32,349 nt of DNA. Source: Octopus bimaculoides (taxonomy: Eukaryota). The position numbers and the translations under genes are program-made. Location of the stretch: NCBI RefSeq assembly GCF_001194135.2, contig NC_068986.1, positions 113,473,630 through 113,505,978 on the forward strand, given 5' to 3'. The notes under the pieces were generated by a model. It saw only the letters and a program-made list of their open reading frames with translations. It was not told the DNA's origin and made no database searches. Below, piece by piece: positions 22,100-32,349 of the stretch (positions are counted from its first letter, which is position 1; each line of letters opens with the position of its first letter).

Positions 22100-22620
22100 T
22101 AACAAACCGGAAGTGATGAAACGTATTGTGCATCGCCGCGGTTTTTCAATTCAAATTATAGGAACAAAGTTATTCTGTCCGGGTTGTAAAGATGCAGCAA
22201 ATTCGTCACATTCTTATGACAATCTATTGTTATTTGGAAGAGACAATTTCTTTTCTACGGTTTAAGTTGTTTATAGAGCAACTGCACATGTGTGTATCAG
22301 CAGATCTCGTTGTCGGTCACCAGTAATACAATCTCGGCACAAACATATTTAAACAGTGGGTAAAATGTCAAGTGCTAAATATTTGTCTTTGTTACTCTTA
22401 AGGAATTTCTTGTGGTAGGTAAATTTGCTATTTAACTGTGTGTCATTCTCGTAGGCAGCCTTTCGTTCGTTTTCCGTGAGCATACGATCTCTTACAAAGC
22501 ATTTATAAATCTTGAATAGACACAGGTGTTCGGTTTTATAAGATGGTAACTCTCGCCTGTAAAACTTTGATATTGGGCCAAAAATCTGATGACAAAATTA
22601 TTTGTTCGTAACCCAATTAT
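22100..22620 (-). mobile_element. Possible very old mariner transposase remnant
   Basis: Weak echoes on minus: ENERK (about DEERSGRP), CITGD (about IVTGD), LQPGQ (about LKPGET). Confidence 0.25.
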
Positions 22621-23239
22621 CCTGACTAAAATGGGCAAATGGAAGATAGAATCTTTCCGCATTGTGTTCCTCATGCAACAAACTCCTCTATTGGGATCCT
22701 ATTTTATGAAAATGAGCGAAATCCCTCTGGTGAACATAGCACCTATATCTCTATCACATTCCACTTTATCGACTTCAAAACATTATTCCTTGCATCACGT
22801 AGTTTTACATAACTTGTCTAAATGGAAACGGCACTCCGATTGTTGTTATAACCAGGAGCGCAGGTCTCCTCGATTCAAGACTGAAAAGGTGTCTAAACAA
22901 TATCCATTACTCTAAGGAATGTTTCATCACATATAAATAAATAAAAAATAAGATAGACTGTTACGTAACCAGTCGAAAAATCAAGTGTAAAAAATAGACG
23001 CATGTGCATATTCTAAAATGAAGAGGCCAGTGCAAGCGTACCTAATATAGAAATCCAATAAATTTTAATTAATAAATATCCACCTACGGTCATGTGAAAG
23101 GCACACTAGTTTAATGATAAATCCTGGTCAATAATGGAGACAACAGAAAACTTAATAATTTAAAATTCAATAGAAATGGAATCGTTAGGAAATTGGAACA
23201 ACCTAGAGTATCGTAGCTGTTTCTATTTATCCTTTAGTT

Positions 23240-23470
23240 GAGGAAAGAAGTCAATGCACATGAGATATCCTTTACAGAGCCTCTGAGACCGGTGAGATGT
23301 TGCAATATGCCCGCACACAGGAGATCTGGCCTGAATGCTTGCTTGGAAGTGAGTTCCACTACAGACTGCCCCGGTGCTAGGAGGTCACACTTTTGCAGGG
23401 CACAGTGTGCGTTGAGCTCGACACACAATGATCCTGATATCATACAGCAATTGAATTTCGTCCGATTTTC
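23240..23470 (-). mobile_element. Possible CR1/L2-like LINE 3' end
   Basis: GC-richer block; one minus frame reads STHTVPCKSVTS*HRGSL*WNSLPSK, containing the WNSLP motif typical of CR1/L2 ORF2 ends. Confidence 0.35.
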
Positions 23471-23664
23471 ATTCATTTCTACCAACCAACATTCACGATT
23501 AGTCCACTTACCTTATCTCTCAGAAATAATTAATAAAACCTGATGACAACCATGGCGGTATTTGGAATCAGAACACTGAGAGTTAGAACAAGTATTCCAA
23601 TTCTTTCATTTCAAGGCTGTAACATGATTGCCAACTTGATGCCATTTGATTGCATTTTCAGAAT

Positions 23665-23866
23665 AATGGTTTCAAATTTTGGTAGAAGGCCAGGAACTTC
23701 GGGGGAGAGGTAAGTCGATTACATTGACCCCCACCCCAGTACTCAAATGGTACTAATTATTTCGCCCCCAAAGTGATGAAAGGTAGAGTCAACCTCGGTA
23801 TAATTTGAACTCAGAACGCCAAGCATTGTACCCGGTGTGCCAAGGATTCTGCCAGCTCGCTGCCTT
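23665..23866 (-). mobile_element. tRNA-derived SINE (Octopus-type), near full length
   Basis: Minus: AAGGCAGCGAGCTGGCAGAATCC…GTTCTGAGTTCAAATT…GAGGTTGAC…TAGTACCATTTGAGTACTGGGG…TGTAATCGACTTACC…AAAATTTGAAACC; B box GAGTTCAAAT. Confidence 0.8.
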
Positions 23867-25246
23867 CGGGCGTAATGATCGTAATATAATGTTATTGCAT
23901 ATCATATAGAACCGGAGATGACGATAAAAATAGCCTTTCCGAGGACATGATTTAAGCATTATAATGGGGACTAGTGAGAGAAATATATATTCTGGTATTC
24001 TATGATTATATGTCTCAATCAATACAGTTCTGGTTTTTGCTTGTTAGAACCAGAAATCGTTTTAATTCGAGTGGAAAAGAAAACAAACCATCCATTTTGG
24101 TGTCCAGCACGTTCGTACCACAACAATGAATCCCTTCATACACCTGAAATAATTCACTAGCATATCTTGCTCAAATTTCTGCCTTGAGCTCACTCCATCT
24201 TTATTTTCTCTGAAAGGAAATAAGGTGGTCATGGATGGAACGCTTTTTATCATTGATCTCCTCGATCAGTAACTAAACAATAACAATAATGATTCTGGTG
24301 TTTCTGTAATAAAGAAAGTAATAAACCGTGAAATAAAGTGATGTAAAGAAATATTTTGGAGCTGAGTGTAGCTTCTGGCACTATAGCAGCAGTAATATGG
24401 AAAAAGATTACTTACGCCAAAACAATCTCATCTTAATTTTCTTTATTTTTTGCATAATGACAATAAATGATATTAGCTATTACAAATATTTGAAACGAAA
24501 ATAGATAAATCGATAGATAAATACACAAATACTGTGAAATTAGAAGAAAAATCAGGAAAAAGTATTAAGTTTCTGTAATTCTAAACAGTATCAAGTAATA
24601 CAAAATATTGGGCGAATGAATTGATTTGAATATTAACTTGATGAGCTGTAAACTACAATATTTCCCCGAGGGATTTTATTGGAGAATATTACAGAATATA
24701 TATAGAAATTCGGTCTTATCGATGCAATATTGGTAGGGTTTGGTTTAAGATTAAAATTAGCATTTTGCAATTTAGGAATATTGATTAAATGATGAGCAGA
24801 AAACAAATTGGATGGTTCACCTCCCGGCTGTTAAGATGACGATATAGTGTTGTTTTCGGTGGGAAATTCCGTGTCCAATTTTGCGTGACCAAAATCTCAC
24901 TGAATTAGAGATTCGGCGAAATTTTAATTCATTCAAGCATAAAGTGTATGTTAATGATGTGAAACGGAAAATATGCAAATGGTTGAATTAATGAATTTCT
25001 GCTTAAATCTGCAGTGCATTAGATTGCTGTCCAGTTAATATCATTTGAATTTCTAACAAGAACATCTATTGCTAATGTATTCGTAAAGCGGAAATAAAAG
25101 TAACGATTCTCCATCTTCTGATCAGTAATAATTCAGTGATTTGCGTGACGTGGAACGCATAACAATGGATGGAATATTTTGTTACAGGTTACTCGTTTAT
25201 TCCTGTGCTTTTGTTTCTGATTTAAGGTTTTGAATTTTCTTAGTGA

Positions 25247-25484
25247 AAGCGCGTTGGCGTTATTGTTAGGGTGTTACATGATCGTGGTTTCGATTCCCGC
25301 ACCGAGAAGTGTGTTCTTGAGCAAAGCACTTCATTTCACTTTCTTTTGGTTTCCTCGGCCGTAAATAACTAACTCTGAGACAGACTGGCATCCCACTGAG
25401 CGGGGACTCTTGTTATTCCTGTAACTTTTACAATGTGGAAACCGAGTAAGCGACCCTATTACTTTCAAAGCTTGAGATAGGACT
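25247..25484 (+). mobile_element. Degenerate tRNA-derived SINE
   Basis: GCGCGTTGGCGTTATTGTTAGGGTG…GTGGTTTCGATTCCC (B box), then GTGTTCTTGAGCAAAGCACTTCATTTCAC…GACTGGCATCCC. Confidence 0.65.
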
Positions 25485-25559
25485 CCTTTTCTGAATTTTC
25501 TAAATTCTGCAAGATAATGGTAATTGCAAAGCTGTCTGCATTGATGAGAATGGAGTTAA

Positions 25560-26140
25560 GGAATCAGTGTAAGGATACTGAGCAAAACAGCCATTAGACG
25601 TTTACTAATTTCACAATCCCATTTATTCTCTTCTCCTAGACATCTTCCATTTCTAAATGTTTGTATGGCGATTCATCATATAACATTCTCTTCTGCACTC
25701 ATTAGGACTCAGAATTCTATTTACAACCAGCAGAATCCAACACCTCTTCTAAACCAAATCTGCTCTCTTGGCCCCAAATGTGTTGTTCGCTAACCTGTCA
25801 TTGAGCATAAGTTCAATCAAAAATACTTCATTTGTGATCACTCTTTGATACATCAAGAAGCTCTTGTTTTATTGTACAGTTATTCCGTTTAATGTTAGGA
25901 TGTGATATGATGGAGAGATGGATTGTATTCTTAGCGATTCAGGCTGCATCTGGCAATGTTTTGATTTTTAAAACACTCTGTAAGTAAAGAAGATGCGTTT
26001 CCGAGAAAGGCCCGTATCCAGATCAGTGTATATAAAAATTTAAGTTTTGCTAACTGGTTGTAATTAGCCAGTAATAGCTTTTGCAGCTGGCTTTTTCCTG
26101 GCAGAAACATTTTCAATAGCTCTCTTGAATTGTCCATGAT
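25560..26140 (-). mobile_element. Decayed RTE-like reverse transcriptase fragment
   Basis: LLTECFKNQNI (about LFTECLKNRKIP) and PREQIWFRRG (about PREQAGFRKG) in the correct order. Confidence 0.4.
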
Positions 26141-27303
26141 TTATAACTTAACAACACAGCTTGTCATATTTTATTCAACATAAGTGTTGTCACTTTGTAT
26201 TAGACTCCTTTAGGCAGCCACGCTTCGGCTTGCATTTCCGTGTTTATCCTTTAGGGACTACTTCCTAACATAATTAACAGATTAAGGTGTATATCTCTAA
26301 TACGATATCACAAGATAGCACAAAAATCCTGTTAGATAAGACAATGTTTCACCAACTGCCTCGAATTCAGTTGTAGTATTGCATATGTTAACAGTGAAAC
26401 CAAAATGAAAAGACAATAAATAAGTAAATGAGTAAATTTTTCGAATGTTATCGATATTGATTACATATGCCTGCTTATGTAACCAATAAACTCCAGCATT
26501 CTGTCAAAGGACACTGAATGTTTTTTTCACACAGCATTATAAAACAATGAAATATATGTGAACTGCGTGTCTACTGATTATATAATGACTGTAATATCTT
26601 TTCACAACTGAAATCTACCATGAAATGCTTTCGAATAATATGTCTAAGTTTCTTTGACGCATCACAGCGATTTCGGCAATATTCGAACTTTTGTCCTTCG
26701 GGTTGGTAGTATTATACTCTTATTAGAACGTTTTCCAGCTTCTTACCACCGTGCCCGTAATTGCTGCATACCCAGACCACTACAATTACCCTGGTGTGTT
26801 TTAGATCTTAACCTAAACGAAATATTCGTTTTGCTTTGCTTATTGAAATATATGAACGTGTTTCCATGACACAACGCAATACAGCATTGTAAATCAAAAC
26901 TAATAAAGAAAACAGACACGCAAACACTCACACACACACATACATTCACACACACACACAAACATACACACATAAATACAATCTACAGAAAACAGGTAAA
27001 GTGAAAGAAAAGAAACAGTATCAAACGAGAAAATATGTTAGTATAAATATAAATAAAAAAACAGGAGTTACATTTAGATGAAAATGCAACGAAAGAACAA
27101 TAACAAGTATAACACAATAAAAAGAAAAAAAGACTGATTACTTTAACGAAAACTAATAAAACACAACATCAAACTACTTTAAAATATGTTTCCCTTATCT
27201 AAGTTAACTTGACATTAACGTAAGTCCATTTATCATTTTAAAATAAATGTCAGTCAGAAATTGTGTAAAAGGATTTGTGCGCACAAAAGTATATATACAC
27301 AAT

Positions 27304-27304
<1 letters not shown>

Positions 27305-27373
<69 letters not shown>
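27305..27373. repeat. (GATA)n microsatellite
   Basis: Read directly. Confidence 0.95.
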
Positions 27374-27376
<3 letters not shown>

Positions 27377-27899
27377 GTGTATATATATATAAGTACGTGT
27401 ACACGAAAGTATATATACGAAAAGTATGTAGATAGAAAATAGATTTAGTGGCTTTTTTATTTGAGCCACGTTTCAATTGAAATATCCTCTTTTGATTCAA
27501 AATTTTGAATGAGCTCAGGAAATTAGGGACCTGGAAACATTATGGATTGCGAAGTGGCACAAATGAATTAATATTACAGTGCCATCGGTGTTATTTTATT
27601 TCTGTGCTGATAAAGATATCATTAATTCAAATAGGTATCTATGGAAATATCCTTTATTTGAAATAAGGTAAATATTAAGCGGTATTCGGTCCCTAATAAC
27701 CGTTATTAATAGTCCATTTTAATTTATTATTGGCTTCTAGCTAAAGCATAGGGCTTGAAGTTTGAGAAGAGATGTAACCCAGTATAAGACCGCTTCTTTA
27801 CTTTGTCTATTAGCGAAAGTTGAGCTCGGTAGATTTTAGTCATCAAATAATATGAGCTTGGAAAATACCTGACACATGCTACCCAATGTTCTACAGAAC

Positions 27900-28841
27900 T
27901 TTTCCATTGAGACCGACATCATCAAGAACATTATCAATTAAAGAAGCTACATCGAGGATATTCAATTTAGGTGTTAACTACTATATTCCTCTCATAGCTC
28001 CAGTAATATATACAAAAGAATGATATCGGAGAGATGTAGAGCAAGATGAATTCTTCAAGCCTAGCCAACCAATATGAGATCCAGGTGGAGACTGAGAATG
28101 TAATAATTGGTTAATACCCAATGTCTCAGATGGGTATTACACTAAGGGATCCATTCGGAAAATGTAATGATAGTTTCTTCTGACAAAAGCCTAAGGAGAA
28201 TGTGATTGAAGACTCAACTCCACATCTTTCATAGAAATAGTGGGTACGTTAGATCGATCAGAAATAAGATAGATAAGGCCAACTGATGGTATGACAACAA
28301 AAAATACCAGAGTGTTATGTTCGTTAATGCTATCCCTGGCAGCGAACTAACATAACTTTTAAGAAAAACATTAAATAAGATTAAAGCTTGGTGTCCCTAT
28401 AAAATCACAGATATGTAGAACGTATCCCTTTGATAAGGCCCCATGTACAGAGAACAATTACATTGCATGTAGGATGAACCAACGTGTTAACTGTAAGATT
28501 AGGAATATAGTGTATAATTTACGATGTACTCAGGGACGGTGAGAAACATGAGAAGTACTTACATAGGAGAGACGGGACAGAGCGTAGGTGACAGTATAGG
28601 TGAACACTGGCAAGAGCTCAAAGAAGAGAAAGGTTCGTCAATGCTATACCAACATGCACAAGCTGAACATAGAGACTCGATTAATAGTATAGAGGTTAGT
28701 GTATTATCGACGCATGGAACTGACACGCCATTTAGGCTGATAGCAGAGGCTATACAAGTAGCAATAGACAGACCGTGCCTCAGTAGAAAACACGAATCGA
28801 ACAATAACACACACGAACACACCACACGACATGACGACTAA
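27900..28841 (+). mobile_element. Penelope-like element A: RT C-terminal/linker remnant plus GIY-YIG endonuclease
   Basis: WYDNKKYQSVMFVNAIPGSEL; CRMNQRVNCKIRNIVYNLRC, then a frameshift to STYIGETGQSVGDSIGEHWQELKEEKGSSMLYQHAQAEH…FRLIAEAIQVAIDRPCLSRK (ORF 28524..28841). This gives VY…YIG, EH, E and terminal P.LN-like motifs. Confidence 0.8.
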
Positions 28842-29617
28842 AGACAGAAAAAAGGAGAAGGGAGAGGAAAAAACAAACTACAATGAAACACAGATACAAC
28901 CAGGGTAATATACACACAATAGAAATATATACACATACTTTCGATGAATATCAGAAATAGAGATAGATATATAATAAATAGAGATAAATGTAAAAAATAA
29001 ATAAATAAATAAATAATCTGTATAAAGGGTAAGGATATATTAAACATAGGGAGCGAACGCATATACACACAAACGCACACAAACTTCGCAGACAGCCGCA
29101 ACAATATTAAGAACACGAATAACAACGACAACACAATAGCAGTGACAACGATGGTAATAACAACAACAACAACAACAACAACCACGATGGCAGCAGCGTA
29201 GAAGAACACGCAAAAACAGAGATACAAGAACTGTACCAAATTTCGTGACCTAGGACAGCAGCAGCGACAATGGAGTAGAGCTGGGCCTGGGGGGAGGTCG
29301 TAGAGCTATTAAGAATAATGACACGCATACACATACACACACACATCTACATGCACAAACACAAAAACACGAACGCAAACGCATGCGCATATAAGGATAC
29401 ACATCATAGAAGTACAGCATGAAATAAGTGCAGCTAGAGCATAAACGAAGACGGAATGTGTTACTGAAGAGGTCGCAGATGTATGACGAAAGATTCCCGG
29501 ACAATGAACATGAGTTAGTATAAAAACAGTAATAAACGAGTGAAGAACGAATATATAGTGTTTGTGTTTATTTTTCAAAAAAAAAATGGCCACCCCGAAA
29601 TACGGGTGGACCCCTCT

Positions 29618-29875
29618 CAGCTAGCTCCCTGTAACTCTCTTCTGTTGTTAATCTCAGGTTTCTTTTGGTGTATGAGGATGACCTCAGAGATTCTAAGGTT
29701 GTGCCTTTTCCGCTGTGTTGCCTTGATGTGCACAATGAATTCCCGTGTCTGGCATTCCCGTAGTTGTTTCTTCACGGAAGTCTCTGCCTGTATGTGTTCC
29801 TTAATACGTATATGCAGTTTTCGTGTCGTGCTTCAATACAATACACAGTCTACAGAGAAGGACTCGACATACAGA
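29618..29875 (-). mobile_element. Penelope-like element B, inverted 5'-truncated copy (GIY-YIG C-terminal half)
   Basis: Minus: …CRLC…STTRKLHIRIKEHIQAETSVKKQLRECQTREFIVHIKATQRKRHNLRISEVILIHQKKPEINNRRELQGAS*. Confidence 0.85.
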
Positions 29876-30330
29876 TAGTGCACACCGGCCTTCCCTGAGA
29901 AAAGTTCTGTCCAAGAACAACACCTCTCTCTACTCTGAGGAGTGCACATTATCGAACTCCCTCATCAATGACCCGGAATTGCGTCAGAGTACTTATGTTG
30001 CAGATGAGATCATTTCTGGCAAACGTGGTGCATTAGGAAGCACGACAAGAAAATTGCATGTACGTTTTAAGGAACACATACAGCCAGACACTTCCGTGAA
30101 GAAACATCTGTGGAAATGCCAGACACAGGAATTCACAGTGCACATCAAGGAATCCTCATGCACGAAAAGAAACCCAAGATCAAGAACAGAAGAAATTTAC
30201 AGAACGCTAGCTGGTTGCTATAGCAACACCTCTTCGCGCACGTTCATTCCACACACGACAACATTCGTTTATTTTCTTGAAAATGAGGTCTTAACCCCGA
30301 AATATTGAATACAAGGTAAGTCAACAATAA
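29876..30330 (+). mobile_element. Penelope-like element B, forward copy (GIY-YIG remnant plus 3' pLTR-like end)
   Basis: ORF 29823..30308: HRPSLRKVLS…GSTTRKLHVRFKEHIQPDTSVKKHLWKCQTQEFTVHIK. Positions 30031-30213 are homologous to the reverse complement of 29618-29840, with a deletion of about 40 bp. Confidence 0.8.
30268..30320 (+). ncRNA. Degenerate hammerhead variant (U3-A8 core)
   Basis: UUUAUUUUC-UUGAAAA-U-GAGGU-CUUA-ACCCC-GAAA-UAUUGAAUA-CAAGGUAAG, at the position expected for a Penelope pLTR ribozyme. Confidence 0.4.
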
Positions 30331-30399
30331 TTCATATATTTGTCTTGTGATCTAAATTGCATTTAATCCGTATTCTTTCGGCCTTACTCTCCACCAGAA

Positions 30400-30670
30400 A
30401 AACCCTTAAATGATTGGTGAACAGAAGAAACCAGCAATCACAGCAGAAGTCATGGAAATCCCCAAAGAGAAATGGTTTCGAGGAATTGAAAATTTTGCGC
30501 GACGTATGTCATTTGGAGCATATTTTGGGAATAACATGACTTTTATGCACAGGGAATGATCGTAGACAGACCGAAGTGTAGGTCCAGCAAATTTAAAATA
30601 AATTTGGTGGACCTTTGTAGGATTTAATAAAATTTTAATGGGTTCTCTTTTTTTCTTTTGGATCACCCTG
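30400..30670 (+). mobile_element. Tc1/mariner 3' end with TIR
   Basis: Ends GGATCACCCTG|TA (TIR CAGGGTGATCC plus TA); upstream FRGIENFARRMSFGAYF resembles a mariner transposase C-terminus. No matching left TIR found. Confidence 0.55.
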
Positions 30671-31285
30671 TACAACAACACTTGACATTGTTATTCCCCT
30701 TTAAGACATATATTAATCACGTCATGGCTCTTTGAAAAATTCTGATAAGCTTTTTATATTTTCTTCTTTGTCTTTTATGATCGCTTATAACTGAAATGTC
30801 GAAGAATTTATTTTTACGCACAGATTAACATATTGCTCTGAGATATAATAATAAGAAGGCCATTCTTTTGGTTGAGTTTTTTTGCTGACTCAAACACACC
30901 ACAGGATTCTTTCTCCTTTATTCAGGATTGCATATTTTCAGTATTCTTCTGAACAATATTCAAACACATATTTAGTAGCTTTGTTAGTTATTAACTTGGC
31001 AAATATAGGAATGTTTATACTTCACAGAAGACGTGTGCGAGGTAATGTTCCGTACATGCTGTAAGAATTGAAATTATATGACTTTGTGACAAATAGTCTC
31101 CCAACTGACTTTTTAATATTCACCCTAATAAGTATTTTAGTACAAACTTGACTATCTCAAACTTTCATGTGGACGTTAAACCTGAACAATTTGTTTGTGT
31201 AATTTCTTTAATATAAACCATCTTCCAGCTTCTTACCTGCAATATTTTATACACAGTGACTCACTTATAGCGAAAAAGAGTCTAT

Positions 31286-31338
31286 GAGTCGCTGAGGAGG
31301 CTAGATAAAGCCAAAACGCTTTAGGAATTTCCCAACTC
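31286..31338 (+). ncRNA. Degenerate type I hammerhead motif
   Basis: GAGUCG-CUGAGGA-GGCU-AGAUAA-AGCC-AAAAC…CAACUC. Stems I and II pair; G12 is changed to A and stem III is decayed. Confidence 0.45.
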
Positions 31339-32039
31339 GTCTCTAGCATGTTTAAATATTATTACTCATTGTCATTGACTAATATAGTCTTTTCGTCAAC
31401 GTATAATGGTTTAAAGGCTGCAATATACATATGCCAACCTTATCTTGACGTTATTAAATATATCTTGAAATAGATTCCGAGTTGCACCCAAGTTTAACAC
31501 CTACCTTGGGAAGTACGAATGGCAATGAAAGAATAACCGATAACTAGGCTTAAATATTTCAATTATTATATAAGATTGGTGGACGTGTTGTGATAGAGTA
31601 AAAGAATGAGGGTCACATCACATCGAATATCAGATTCCTTTTGCCCATCTTAAACATAGATTAATGGCCGTCAACAGTCGTTGTATTAATGTGCACAAGT
31701 CAAAACTTTCAAGAGTTCTCATTGATTGGTTAATATCTGCAATAATCACAAGGAAAGAAATAATAAATGTCATTTCTTTCCTCACCTTGATTATATTTTT
31801 TCGCTGGTTTGCTGAAAGATAAGGGAGGAAAAACTTCCACTGGAGTTCACAGAACAGAAAAACAAAAAATAACCCAAGGAAATTAAGGAAATAAAGTAAA
31901 CAAGAACGAAGAAAAAATCAAATTGAACGATTAAGCTTCTTTTCTTTTCATTTTCCATTTCTTCCGAACTCCAGTTTTTGTTGTTATTCCTATTTATCTC
32001 CTTCTCCCACTTTCCTCCCATCTGCATCAATACATACCT

Positions 32040-32316
32040 TTATACATACATAAACACATACTTATGTGTGAGTGTGTGTGTGTATGGATATGCGTTTGTC
32101 ATTCGTTCTCAATGTCGACACAATTGTCGTTTCCTACTCTCACTTTGGCTATAAACATATAAATATACATTCCAATATATATATGTATGTGTGTGTTCGG
32201 AATACATATACATACATACATACACACATACATACATATATGATATTCCTAACACACACACTCACACATTTAACTCTACAGATAAATACACATACTGACA
32301 AATATATAAATACATA

Positions 32317-32349
<33 letters not shown>
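32040..32349. repeat. Mixed (TG)/(CATA)/(CA)/(TA) low-complexity repeats
   Basis: Read directly. Confidence 0.85.

Noticed and set aside
23238-23543. Cys-rich 101-aa ORF as a toxin-like or secreted peptide
   Set aside because: No signal peptide or splice support; the opposite strand has a LINE-like WNSLP motif.
26640-26880. Possible Tc1 transposase remnant (VVVWVC)
   Set aside because: A single weak motif with no TIR or further support.
31237-31839. Short minus-strand AG…GTAAG/GTGAG segments (31237-31300, 31786-31839) as exons
   Set aside because: Short, unrecognisable peptides; such sites arise often in AT-rich DNA, and one overlaps a ribozyme relic on the other strand.

Overview
AT-rich animal genomic scaffold with two N gaps, dense microsatellites and many decayed transposable elements. 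The tRNA-derived SINE families look like those of Octopus, so this is probably cephalopod intronic or intergenic DNA (inferred from recalled repeat sequences, not from a search). No host gene could be identified with confidence; there are only two weak splice-bounded exon candidates on the minus strand. Nearly all supplied ORFs are microsatellite, N-gap or TE artefacts. Recognisable elements: an internally deleted Gypsy (Mag/K02A2.6-like) LTR element with both LTRs and a near-TSD (4461-6357); two R4/Dong-clade RLE LINE remnants; RTE, CR1/L2-like and mariner fragments; several SINEs; and a cluster of Penelope-like GIY-YIG remnants at 27.8-30.3 kb. The most interesting signal is a set of hammerhead-ribozyme motifs of the Penelope type. 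These include an inverted pair at 7788-7943, where the minus-strand copy has a near-canonical core and a palindromic stem III, and a U3-A8 core variant at 30268-30320 just downstream of a head-to-head inverted Penelope endonuclease pair. No prokaryotic-type system or CRISPR array is present. All protein and RNA assignments were made by eye.
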